NCBI RefSeq assembly: GCF_001194135.2
Contig: NC_068981.1
Span: forward strand, 199,435,903-199,499,902
DNA: 64,000 nt
Direction of reading: 5' to 3'
Source of the DNA: Octopus bimaculoides
Taxonomy: Eukaryota
Part shown: piece after piece, positions 11,045-22,638 of the stretch
Numbering within the stretch: the first letter of the stretch is position 1
Layout: each line of letters opens with the position of its first letter
Position numbers and translations under genes: made by a program
Notes under the pieces: generated by a model
Told to the model about the DNA's origin: nothing
The model's input: only the letters and a program-made list of their open reading frames with translations
Databases searched by the model: none

Positions 11045-12716
11045 ATCAGAGCAGTAATGCTACATAAATATAAGATGGTAACAAGAGGACCATGGCTCAT
11101 GCCTCATGTTCGCTACTTCCTACAGGAAAATATTACAACCAAATTGAAAAAGAGACTCTAGGAATTATTTTTATTGTAAAAAAAAGTAATAGATTTTTAA
11201 ACAGTAAAAATTTTCGACTACAGACTGATTATCATCCATTATTATCCATATATGGGTTCAAGAAAGTAATCTCTACCCATACTGCTTATAGGATGCAACG
11301 CTGGGGTACTATATTACTAAACTATGATTTCAAGTTGGAGTTTATGCCATCTACGAAATTAGGACATGCTGATTGTTTATCAAGACTGATTTCGAAAAAT
11401 ACTGAACCATTTAAGGATACCATGGTTGCTGAGTTGCAAGCGGAAAATGAAATAATTTTTTTTTTTATAATATCATAGGTGAACTACCAGTTACATTACA
11501 AAACATGAATTAAAAGCGGAAAATGATGAATTCATTAGAAAAATGAAAATACTGAGGACTAAATGAGATAAAAATATGCGCTTTTTCTGAATGCAACACA
11601 AATTCGAACCCTTTCTCAATGTGTGACAATGTGTTGATATATGCACAAAGATTCGTAGTGCCGGCTACACTACAGAAACGATTACTAAATGAATTTCACA
11701 TTGGTCACTCAGAGATTTCGAGAATGAAATCGATAATGAGAAGTTATGTATATTGGCCAACAATGGACCGTGACATTGAAGAACTAGTGAAAGCATGCTG
11801 CGGTTGTGCCCTAGCTGCAAAAGCACCTATCACTAAATGAAAACCATAACCAAAAACAGATATTCTATTGTCCAGACTGTACGTTGGATATGCAGGTCCA
11901 CTTAAAGGTTCATATTACTATGGTGTGGTTGACAGTTTTTCAAAGTGGCCCAAAGTGCATAAGTGTAAAAAGCAGGCATCTGCGGTTACAGTAAGTTTTC
12001 TTACACAAATTGCTCGCCAGATATATTCCTGATACCATTGTGTCTGGTAATGAAACTCAGTTTATTTTAAACGAGTTCAAAAAAATTTTGTAAAATGTTC
12101 GTTATCGAACATGTGACCACTCCGTCGTATCATTCTCGATCAAATGGAAAAGTGGAACATTTTGCTGACACTTTCAAACAATGAACAATGAAGTAATGGA
12201 TGACGTAGCACTTCAACAATTTCTAAGGGTGTACCGAGTCACACCTAATCCAAATACTTTGTCTGGAATGTCACCTGCGGAATTAATGCTAGAAAGGTCA
12301 GATCCGTCTTTGATAAGTTGATACCGAGCAAAAATAGAAAAATGGCGAACAACAAATATACTTCAAAATTCTTAAAGTTAGGTGACAAGATTTTTTTTAA
12401 CCTATAGATATGTAAGGAAAGCTGAAATTGAAAAAATGTTATTCTTGGTAAAAGGAAAAAATTTTGAACATGAAAAGACATATAAACTAACTTTAAAAAA
12501 AAAATGTACGGAAGAAACGATCGCTAGAAATGAAATCCCCATGGAAGTATTGTATGACACGTTTGAGGTACCAGCATCCAAACAAATTGAAACTACACAT
12601 TCAAGTAACAAAAAAGGAAGAAAACAAAAACACTGGAATTATACCCTACTCTGGATGGAGTTTAATTCTCAAAAAGGGGAGAAGTTACAGAAAGCTGATC
12701 CTTAAAAAAGGGGAGA
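11045..12716 (+). mobile_element. Gypsy (Mag-like) pol remnant: RNase H, integrase zinc finger and core
   Basis: AHASCSLLPTGKYYNQIEKETLGIIF, LQTDYHPLLSIYG, GHADCLSRL, LHxGH-type FHIGHSEISRMKSIMRSYVYWP, and YAGPLKG...VVDSFSKWP; stops and frameshifts; PPT AAAAAAGGGGAGA at 12704-12716. Confidence 0.92.
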
Positions 12717-12994
12717 TGTGAAAGGATCCTGACCACCCCCACGTGAGCAAAAGTGGACTGATGCATTTCAATAAAATGAAGAAACTGTGTGAACTGTCAG
12801 CAGTTGATAATGTTGATGTTCATGTTGGATTACTGTGTTAGTTTAATATCGTACCTACGTTCGGCGTGGTACGGGGTACATTCCGTGTGAACATATTGAT
12901 TCTGAAAAAGGTTATTCTAGATAACCATATCCATATATCTATTTGGGTAATGGTATTCCTACGCCCTTGTGCACCTCCCAACGTCGTCATAACA
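12717..12994 (+). mobile_element. LTR of the Gypsy element (278 bp, TGT...ACA)
   Basis: Starts right after the PPT and ends ATAACA, immediately before the PBS-like TTAGTGGTGACAAGAG. Confidence 0.7.
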
Positions 12995-13094
12995 TTAGTG
13001 GTGACAAGAGACTTGAACCCACGACACAACACCCTGAAAGGATGACAGACATCCGTGGAATTTGAATTCAGAACATAATGACAATCAAAATGTC

Positions 13095-13250
13095 ATTACA
13101 TTATTTACATTATTTACATTTAACGGATATTTGTCCTCATCTTGTTTGTGGTTAACACAACGTTTCGGCTGATATACCCTCCAGCCTTCATCAGGTGTCT
13201 TGGGGAAATTTTGAACCTGGGTTCTCATTCCTAACGATGTTACTATTATT
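13095..13250 (-). mobile_element. Short hammerhead-containing repeat (Penelope pLTR or retrozyme-like), copy 1
   Basis: About 130 bp shared with 63600-63735; abuts a (TAT)n run. Confidence 0.75.
13154..13199 (-). ncRNA. Minimal type-I hammerhead ribozyme motif, intact core
   Basis: GACAC-CUGAUGA-A-GGCUG(GAGGGUAUAU)CAGCC-GAAA-CG-UU-GUGUU: stem I GACAC/GUGUU, 5-bp stem II, palindromic ACGU stem III, GUU cleavage triplet. Confidence 0.75.
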
Positions 13251-13659
13251 ATTATTATTACTATTATTAATCAGGTCGCTGCCATGAATCGAACTCATTA
13301 AGCACTCAGCCCAATGTTCTAATGATTCTGCCAGCTCACTGCTTTATACAAGAGCAAAAGTTGCAAGGCATCCAGTCCACCATTCTTACAGTTCTACCAA
13401 TGAAGCATCTCACCTCTTTGTTTTCTTTTTTCATCAATCCTGAAACCATGGAAGATAAAATTGACTCCAGTAGGACTTGAAATCAGAGAACTGAGTCACA
13501 ACTAATACTACGAGGCATTCTATCCAATGTTCTAATGCCTCTATTCATTTGGTGCCAAGATGGACATATACACTCTCAAAAGAGGAAGTAGTTATAAAGG
13601 AACATGTAAATTACTGCAAAGCTAGCCACTAATAGTACATGTCTTCATGCATACATCTT

Positions 13660-13773
13660 GTCCAACCCATGCCAGCATGGAAGATGGACTTTAAAGAACG
13701 ATGATAACAATGATGACAATGACGATGACGACGATGATGACGAGGAGGAGGAGGAGGAGGAGGAGGAGGAGGA
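13660..13773 (+). mobile_element. RTE tail end with expanded (GAT/GAG)n
   Basis: TCCAACCCATGCCAGCATGGAAGATGGAC followed by the triplet run. Confidence 0.7.
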
Positions 13774-14880
13774 NNNNNNNNNNNNNNNNNNNNNNNNNNN
13801 NNNNNNNNNNNNNNNNNNNNNNNNNNNNNNNNNNNNNNNNNNNNNNNNNNNNNNNNNNNNNNNNNNNNNNNNNNNNNNNNNNNNNNNNNNNNNNNNNNNN
13901 NNNNNNNNNNNNNNNNNNNNNNNNNNNNNNNNNNNNNNNNNNNNNNNNNNNNNNNNNNNNNNNNNNNNNNNNNNNNNNNNNNNNNNNNNNNNNNNNNNNN
14001 NNNNNNNNNNNNNNNNNNNNNNNNNNNNNNNNNNNNNNNNNNNNNNNNNNNNNNNNNNNNNNNNNNACTTTCTTCTGACATACCTTCCCTTGGTGGATTA
14101 GGATCCAGTTAGCTCAAAACATCATCAGGAGGAACCACGTCCGGTTTCGGCCCCTACTCCTCTACCGTTTTGACGTGGCAGGGCCCCTCCTTTCGGAGGT
14201 GTCTTCAGCTCTGGTGTTGGGTGCATGTCTTCTTCTATTCCCTGGCCTCTTCGATGCAGCATCAACGAGTGTCAGCGTCCGACTGATTGTCATGTCAAGT
14301 TCCCCTTTTTATATCTGCTGCTAGGCTCCAGCAGGCAGCCCCAGCTAGTTGTCACGTGACACTGTCTAAATTTCCCGCTGCTAGGGTCCAGTAGGCAGCA
14401 CCAGCAAGTATTTCCTTTCAATGCTTTGAAATTTATGAGAAAATTCAAAACTGATGGTCTGTTCTTCTTTATCTTTAGAAGCATTTCTCTCAAGACAATA
14501 TTCTTTGCATTTAAATATTTTTTTCTCATTCTTTTCACGGAATAACAATATTGAGTAATCCTGTTTGCTATAAAAAAAACAAAAACTAGCCTCGACCATT
14601 AGCTCCATGGTCCTCAAACTGAAATTGCTCCACACATTTCAGATTTTGATTAATGCTTCTTATAACCTTATCCCTTTTATTGCCTTTCCTACTCTAATAA
14701 CCCCTATTTACATATTAACTTTTCCTTTTTAATACGTTTTCTGCTGCAGTTCCTCTCTCCAACGTTTTCTTGCACAATCTGGCAAACAATATTAACATGA
14801 TATAAAATAGAATTTAGTTTAATACTAAACCTAGTTGAGGTATTATATTGAAATAAATCAAGATCATCACGTTTTGTAAG

Positions 14881-15045
14881 ACTGAGCAGTTATTGGCTTC
14901 AACCAGCATTTATTGGCACCTTCCAGACTTCTTCAAGTTAGAGACTATAGCTGAGGATATGGACTCTTTTTTAGGTGCCACTGAGAGTGTTAATAACAAT
15001 GTTGAGAGTATTCCTTTGCAAACTATTAAATTCAGAAGACCTTAA
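14881..15045 (+). CDS. Candidate terminal exon (TEQLLASTSIYWHLPDFFKLETIAEDMDSFLGATESVNNNVESIPLQTIKFRRP*)
   Basis: 54 open codons after ttttgtaag| in phase 0, matching the 10661 exon; protein-like composition; acceptor is modest. Confidence 0.35.
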   Translation, partial: TEQLLASTSIYWHLPDFFKLETIAEDMDSFLGATESVNNNVESIPLQTIKFRRP

Positions 15046-15062
15046 TAGAACAATGACCCTCC

Positions 15063-15290
15063 CCTAGCAGAATCGTTAGCACACCGGGCAAAATGCTTAG
15101 TGGTATTTCGTCTGCCGCTACATTCTGAGTTCAGATTCCACCAAGGTCGACTTAGCTTTTCATCCTTTCGGGGTCGATTAAATAAGTACCAGTTATGCAC
15201 TGGGGTCGATGTAATCGACTTAATCCCTTTGTCTGTCCTTGTTTGTCCCCTCTATGTTTAACCCCTTGTGGGCAATAACACAATAAATGA
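15063..15290 (+). mobile_element. tRNA-derived SINE with a Meta-domain-like core
   Basis: A-box-like TAGCAGAATCGTTAG, B-box-like GAGTTCAGATTCC, then GGTCGACTTAGCTTTTCATCCTTTCGGGGTCGATTAAATAAGTACC. The Meta assignment is from recollection of the consensus. Confidence 0.75.
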
Positions 15291-15377
15291 CCCTCCTCTC
15301 ACCTAAAATCAATAAGATATAATGTCTGTATGTCATCATGTTTGATATGGGTAACAAAAGAAAGAAAATCAAATGCT

Positions 15378-15727
15378 TCTCAACCACATGGTTCTGGGTT
15401 CAGTCCCACTCTGTGGCACCTTGGGCAAATGTCTTCTACTATAGTCTGAGGCTGACCAAAGCCTGGGGAGTGGATTTGGTAGACGGAAACTGAAAGAAGC
15501 CTGTCATATTCTTTTATTCTTCTATTCTTTTACTTGTTGCAATCATTTGAGTGCAGCCATGCTGGAGCTCTGCCTTTAGTCAAACAAATTGACCCCAGGG
15601 ATTATTATTTGTAAGCCTAGTACTTATTCTTTCAGTCTCTTTTGCCGAACCACTAAGTTACAGGGACGTAAGCACACCAACATTGGTTGTCAAGTGATGG
15701 TGGAGGGACAAACACACATGCACACAT

Positions 15728-15780
<53 letters not shown>

Positions 15781-16195
15781 TACACACACATATACATACA
15801 CATACATACAACAGGCTTCTTTCAGTTTCCGTCAACTAAATCCACTCACAAGGCTTTAGTCAGCCAGAGGCTATAGTAGAAGACACTTGCCCAAGGTGCT
15901 ACACAGTGAGACTGGACCTGGAACCATGTGGTTGGGAGGTGAGCTTCTTACCACACAGCCATGCCTGCATATATGTATGTATTTATGTGTGTGTGTGTGT
16001 GTGTGTTTATCCCCCCACCACCACTTGACAACCGATGTTGGTGTGTTTACGTCCCTGTAACTTAGCAGTTCAGCAAAAGAGCTCAATAGAATAAGTACCA
16101 GGCTTACAAAGGATAAGTTCTGGGGTTGACTACTTTGACTAAAACCCTTTAAGGCAGTGGTGCTCCAGCATGGCTGCAGTCAAGTGACAGAAGCA
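15378..16195. mobile_element. Cluster of four SINE segments in alternating orientation
   Basis: CORE-like + at 15378-15505, body - at 15520-15720, CORE-like - at 15805-15968, body + at 16005-16195. Confidence 0.75.
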
Positions 16196-16535
16196 AAGAA
16201 AAAGAGAGAGAAGAAACTGCTGAAGACAAGTGAAACCAAGGCAAAGACGTCTGGAACCTGTCTTTAAATTCGTTTTCCTTTCCAAATAATCTTTGTAAAT
16301 AATGGAGATATTAAAATATTAGGCTTTAAGAATAAGGCATATTTCTTCATATTTGGTTGCAGCATGTCTTTTGGGTTAATGAAGTCAATATCATTTATGA
16401 AATTCCATTAATTCAAATCAAGGAAAATTATTTAAACAATCCCAAACAAGTTCTTTCTAAATTTTAATGATGGTGCCCCAGTATGGCCACAGCCTTGGCT
16501 GAAACTGAAAAAAGAAAAGTGGAATAAAACATTTG

Positions 16536-16649
16536 TTCTGATGTGTGTGTATTCTGATGTGTGTGTATTCTGATGTGTGTGTATTCTGATGTGTGTGTAT
16601 TCTGATGTGTGTGTATTCTGATGTGTGTGTATTCTGATGTGTGTGTATT
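16536..16649. repeat. 16-bp tandem repeat, about 7 copies
   Basis: (TTCTGATGTGTGTGTA)n. Confidence 0.95.
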
Positions 16650-17871
16650 TATGCTGAGTGTTGTCATATTATGAATGTCTCGAGATGTTTAGTAGTGTCA
16701 CAGTTATTTATGATATTACAGTGTCTCCACTAACTTAAAGTCTGTACTATGACATCAAAAAGCCAACAGAAGAATAATTATGGCTTAATTTATCTAACAT
16801 GTGCTGAGTATTTCGTTGAAAGACTGACAGATGTATTACAGAGAGTTGATTGATGGAAGGAAGAGAAGAAGTTTGTAATTTTGAAAACCTCTGAACAGAC
16901 AGACAATCAGACTGACGGACAGACAAGCAAACAGACAGACAGACAGACGGACGGATGGAAAGACAGACAAATAGATATTTCACTTTAGATTTTAGTTCAA
17001 AGAGAAGGACTGATATCTCTTGAGGCAGCTTATGTCCAGCCTGAATTCGCATGGATTGATATTAGTGGGTACAAATTGAGAAAGAAGGATATTTTAGAGG
17101 CTCATATTTCTTGAGAGAAAGATCCTTAATGTGTGACGTTCGAGGTGAGATGTGGCATTGACGGTGAGGGTAAGAAGAAAGCCAGGTAAAACAGGTTTGC
17201 TTCGCTAACAGTTGTACACAGCTTGTTGTTACTTTAAAAGGAAGAGGAGGGGCCATTGTAGAAGAGCTAGACAAGATGAAGTGTAGAATGCAGGTTGTCC
17301 AAACATAGAAGTGGAAATAATGATGAATTAAGTCATCCATATTTATTCTGAGGAGGATTTTTTCTAATGTTTTTGTAAATATGGAGCCATTTGCAAATGA
17401 GTTTGATTGGTATCAAGAAAGGATCAGGAATCAAAGCCATTGTAGTGCTTGCTCTTCAAATAGAACTGTGCTAAAACAATGGCAAACCTTCTGGATTGCA
17501 AAGAAATGTCAATGCCACATTTTGTTGGAGTCCATTATGGTGCCTCCTTACATTGCTGTCAAATGATATTTTTGAATCCCTACCTTGAGTTTGAACTCTG
17601 AACACAAAGAACCAAGCAGAAACTGAGGGACATCATGACCGATGCTCTCACACTTCTACCAATCCTTGGACTGGAATTTTATCTGTTGATGAAAGACAAA
17701 CTTACTCTGGAAGGATTTGAACACAGAACATTGAGAACCCCAAACAAATACCACAAGGTATTTGTATGCAAAACTCTTAGCAATTCTCCCAATTTGTTAC
17801 CCTAAGACACACAGACAAATGAAAGGAAAGTTTAGAAAAAAATAAAAGAAAGGTTTAGTTAAATGAGGAAT

Positions 17872-17943
17872 AGGATTAAGGGTGGGAGTGAGGATTAAGG
17901 GTGGGAGTGAAGATTAAGGGTGGGAGTGAGGATTAAGGGTGGG
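17872..17943 (+). repeat. 19-bp G-rich minisatellite, about 3.7 copies
   Basis: (AGGATTAAGGGTGGGAGTG)n. Confidence 0.95.
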
Positions 17944-17960
17944 CGATAATATTCCACAAG

Positions 17961-17994
<34 letters not shown>

Positions 17995-17995
17995 G

Positions 17996-18199
17996 CACTG
18001 CATAACAAAAAAAGTTTTTGTTTTTGTAAGTTGTTTTAGTTTTTTCAACTGGTTTAGAACAATTTTACACCACTGAATCCGAAAATGGCATCCGTTTCTC
18101 TCGATCAGGTCAGGTTTCTATGCTAAGCTGATTTTTAAAAAATCTGATCTTCTGACTAAATTGATTACATTTTCTGACGTTATTGGTTGATTTTTGTTA

Positions 18200-18257
<58 letters not shown>

Positions 18258-19677
18258 ATGTGGGATGCTTTGGATATTATTCATTAAATTGATTACATTT
18301 TTCTGACATTATCGGTTGATTTTTGTTAATATTTCTCTTCCAAAATAGGCATTTAAGATTTAAAAAATTGTTTTCTAACATAATTCATTAATTAAATGTT
18401 ACAAACTTCGATTACTGTAAATTGAATAGTAGACACTGATAAAGATAAATACATGTAAATTAATGTTATGTTATCAGTGTTCAAAATTCAGGGCTTGAAC
18501 TTGCGTTTATTCGAACCTCTAGAATGCTGAGTGGCAGGAATGTCTCTCTTCAGAATCTAACCATCATGACTGCATCCCAACATCCCTGATACCTCGTCTC
18601 CATCTCTTTCATGTCCTGATGGAATCTCTCACCCTGCTCGTTGCTCATTCATCCTAGATTCTCAGGAAACCGACCCACATGTGAGAACAGGTAATGTATT
18701 TTAATGCTCATGTTGCATCCGAGATTTCTGAAAGCAGTCAGCATATTGGTAACAAGTTCTGCATAGTTCCTTGCCTTGCTGTTGCCAAGAAAGTTCTTCA
18801 CCACCAGAACAAAAGCCTTCCATGCTTCCAGTTCCACTTCGTTCATTGAATTTTCAAACTCAGGCTCTCTGATGAGCTGACGGATTTGAGGACCATCAAA
18901 GATGCCAGCTTTCAACTTGTCAATGGTCAATCCAGGAAAAGCCTGGCACAAGTAAGTGAAGCAGCCACCATCTTTGTCCAGAGCTTTGGTGAACTACTTG
19001 ATCAAGCCTAGCTTGATGCGCATGGTGGGAAGAGTATTCTGTCTCTGTCCACCAGAAGGTTGTTTATGAGGTTCTTAGCTCTGCAAGGCACCAAATCCTC
19101 CCTCAAAGACCAGTCCTTCTTCTTGTAATGCTGAGCAGTGTCCCTACTATCCCACATGCAAAGAAAGCATGGGTACTTGGTGAACCCAGTCTGTTATCCC
19201 AACAAAAAATTCACCATCTTCAGGTCAACACAAATAAACCACTGATGCTGATCATAACGAATTTTCTCCAACACATATTTCACCGCTTCACAATTCTCCT
19301 TTAGTGTAGTTGAGTGAATGAGAGGTACAGAGGCAAACTGGTTGCCGTTGTGCAGCAGAACGCATTTCAGCAATTGCTTGTTGCTGCCAATGAATAATCT
19401 CCAATCTTTGGGTTCATACTGTGGCACTCCAAGCTTGTGCAGAAGATGAGCAATGCCTGTGCAGTACACCAAGTCCTTCTCTTCAGTGAAAAAAACGGAA
19501 GTGCTCTTGATGCCTGTTGTGGTAGAAGGTGATGCGAGCATTGTCAGAGAGGAGGGATTTTTTCCCCTTCAATCTGGATGCCAACAGTTTGGCAGAGGAC
19601 TTAGACAATCCAAGATCACGAACTAGATCATTTAGCTCTTTTTTGGAAAAAGGATGTGGTGCATCATTGTCAAGAAC

Positions 19678-19709
<32 letters not shown>

Positions 19710-20390
19710 CTTCTTGGACATTGGAGGATTCTTCATCACTAGTGTCAGGAAGTTCTCCAAAGACAGGTACTGGAATTTCATCACTGTGAGCTACAGAACG
19801 ATGTGCTGATTGAAGATGAAGATACTTGAGGCTGCTCAGGTTCTCTTTGTTGATCCCAGTCACATGAATAGCACAGAAATAGCAGTCAGTGCCATGGGTT
19901 GTCAGTTCCCTCCGAACCATGGGAATTCCAAACTTCAGACAACTCTTCTTGCCCTTGGCCCACTGATGCAGATTCTCAGTGCACCCTAACCCTAACCCTG
20001 TGCGGTGCCCCAGCATTATCCTGGTCACCAAGTTTAATACCAAAATAAGAATGGTAGGCATGTTTTATGAAACTTGTGACTGGATTCCCGTTAGGAACAA
20101 TGGTGTATTCACTGCAGATGTAGCAGAATACGTTGGGCTTACATTTGCAAGATCTTCTGGTCGAAGCCATTTCATTCATGTGTAAAATGAAAATACCAGT
20201 TTGTCATAAATAGGCACAATGCAAACCCTTCTGAGTTCATTTATTCCAAGAAATAAAAAAGAATTTTGCATCAAGAGTTCTACTGTGACATTTTGAAACA
20301 TTTGAGGGAGGACATTCAGCAAAGCAACTGGATCTGTGGAACAGGAAGAGTTGAATTCTTCACAATGACAATACGCCCTCCTCAATAAAA
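17996..20390 (-). mobile_element. Chapaev3-type (CMC superfamily) DNA transposon with frameshifted transposase
   Basis: CACTG terminus at 17996; N-terminal CYICSEYT...APH...DCYFC zinc region; ELNDLVRDLGLSK, VDLKMVNFLLG, KAGIFDGPQIRQL, HYLFSHVGRFPENLG; no matching far terminus found. Confidence 0.85.
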
Positions 20391-20392
20391 TG

Positions 20393-20810
20393 TAAGCACA
20401 ACAGACCTGATATAATGATTTGGGATAGAGAAGAGAAACTGTGCACAGTTGTGGAAATTAGCTGCCCACCGGATGTTAACATAAAGCTGAAGATCAGTGA
20501 AAAAGAGAACACCTATGTGGAACTATTGAGAAATCTGCAGTTACTCTATCGAGATCACAAGTTCAGGTTTATACGTGTAATTATTGGGGCCCTGGTGTAT
20601 GTAACACACTGCCTAGATACTAATCTTGAGAAATTAGGTTTCTCAAAATCAGAAAGGAGAAAGCTAATTGGAAGACCACAGATCCAAACCATCACTGGAA
20701 CTGTCATAATCTGTAAAACTTTTCAGGAGTTTATCATTTAAATATATATGAACATGTCTAGATATGTAAGTATATGCATGAAAAGACACACATAAAACAT
20801 ACAAATCTGC
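20393..20810 (+). mobile_element. R4/Dong-type non-LTR 3' end (restriction-like endonuclease domain)
   Basis: NRPDIMIWDREEKLCTVVEISCP...IIGAL...ITGTVIICKTF*; RPD...E-SCP motif; followed by (CATA)n. Confidence 0.8.
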
Positions 20811-20924
20811 ACATACATACATACATACATACATACATACATACATACATACATACATGCATACATGCATACATACATACATGCATGCATACATACATGC
20901 ATACATACATACATGCATACACAC

Positions 20925-21180
20925 ATCATCATCATCATCATTTAATGTCCGTTTTCCCTGCTGACATGAGTTGGATGTTTTGACAGGAACTGGTAAGGCT
21001 AGGATCTGTACTTGGCCCCTTTGTCCGTATTGGCAGTTTTCTGTGGCTGGATGCCTTTCCTGGTGCCAATAATCAACCACTTAACAGAATGGACTGTTTT
21101 TACATGGCACCAACACCAATACTTTTTGTGTGGCACCAGCACCCGTGCTTTTTATGTAGCACCAATACCACCAGGGTCGC
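20925..21180 (-). mobile_element. Diverged RTE tail
   Basis: CATCATTTAATGTCCGTTTTCC...GCTGGATGCCTTTCC plus GCTTTTTATGT units. Confidence 0.7.
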
Positions 21181-21344
21181 CAAGAACCCCTCAACTGTGA
21201 TGGGGGAGTAGTATTGAGGGAGTATGGCTTTATGCAGTTGAGGGACAGATATAGGTGTCTTGTTGTAGATACATGGATACCCCAGCTGGAAAACAAAGGA
21301 GAGTGAATTGGAGAGTAAGACAAAGAGGGTGATGACGGAGATGT

Positions 21345-21570
21345 GCTGAGTGGGTCTTCTTGAGTAGAACAATGTGCCAGATATCTTGGCCCCTTCTTAT
21401 CTCCTTTGTAAATGTCAGTGCTTTGAGATTGGCCTCCAATACTTCATGCTATATCTTTCTGTGTCTCGCTCTTCCACAACTTTCAGCCACTTTGAGTGAC
21501 CAGCACTTCTTTATTCCCTTGTCCTCATCCCATGACCAAATCACCACTTCAGCCTCCTACCGTGCACACT
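21345..21570 (-). mobile_element. Diverged RTE ORF C-terminus
   Basis: RRLKW-FGH and NLKALTFTKE...DIWHIVLLKKTH resemble the ORF ends at 30660 and 51900. Confidence 0.6.
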
Positions 21571-21784
21571 AATTCCTCTTATGCCCAACTTTTCTCTCAA
21601 TACATTTGCACTCTGTTGCACATCCAGCAGAGCATACCACCTTCATTCTTCTCTTGTCTTCATATACCCTCTGCATTCAGGGTGCATGTCTTACTTCCAA
21701 GTAGCATTGCTATTTGTACACATGCATCATTAGAGAGAAAAAGAGAGAGAAGAAGGGAGAGAGAGGAAGAAAGAGAGAGAGAGG

Positions 21785-21824
<40 letters not shown>

Positions 21825-22560
21825 TATATATATATATTTATATGTCTGTATACACATATTTTTCTCTGGTTTTTAGAAATGAATTTTTGATTCAAAAATA
21901 TTTTTATAAATTTAAAATACAAAGAATTAAATTGAGAAAAAAGAAAACACAAACGAAAATTTGAATACAAGTTTTATGTACATCGAATATAATTCCAAGA
22001 TATGTGCTTCATTTTATATCTCTTGACAGAAATACAAATATACCATTTTTCTAATATTCTGATGAATATAGTTTATGGTATTTAGGATGTTTTATGATAT
22101 TTAGAATGATATTTAGAATGTTTTAAACAAAAGTAAGGTAGTGGCTATGATATTAGTATAATCTTGTAGGCTGATAGAAGGGGAAAATTTCTCTTATAAG
22201 AATTATCCAGATATTAAAGTATCATAAAAACTTGTTCTAGTATTTACAAGAAAGCGGATGCTGCTAAGAACACTCTAAATCAAGTGATGGTGTTAAACAA
22301 GATGCATTGAGTGTATAATTCTGAAAGAAGTAGAGTCTACACAATGGATGTGTTACTGTTCTGCCAACTTCACTCACAAGGCTAGAAGGAACTTGTCCAA
22401 GGTGTCACACTATGATATCGAATCTGGAAACTTGTGATTGGATTCCAACTCCTTAACCATATATTAAAAAGGTTAAAAGATTTATCAGTAATAAATGACA
22501 TCGTTGGTTCCACAGAATGACCGTTTGGGGAGAAACTGGAAACTATTCATTCAATGATAG

Positions 22561-22638
22561 AATTATTGCTAAGAGCAAAGAGTCTACATTCTCTCATTGA
22601 ATCTTCTCTGGATCCAACAAAAGCCAAAACCTTGCTTG
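22561..22638 (+). CDS. Candidate 78-nt exon (ELLLRAKSLHSLIESSLDPTKAKTLL, phase 1 to 1)
   Basis: ttcattcaatgatag| and G|gtacaa; open frame with protein-like composition; both sites are moderate. Confidence 0.4.

Noticed and set aside
14139-14208. Hammerhead from CTGAAGA...GAAACCGGAC on the minus strand
   Set aside because: No stem I pairing, and U16.1 is absent.
15063-15140. tRNA genes (also 32864-32917 and 63335-63410)
   Set aside because: A/B-box-like motifs without a cloverleaf, running straight into SINE bodies.
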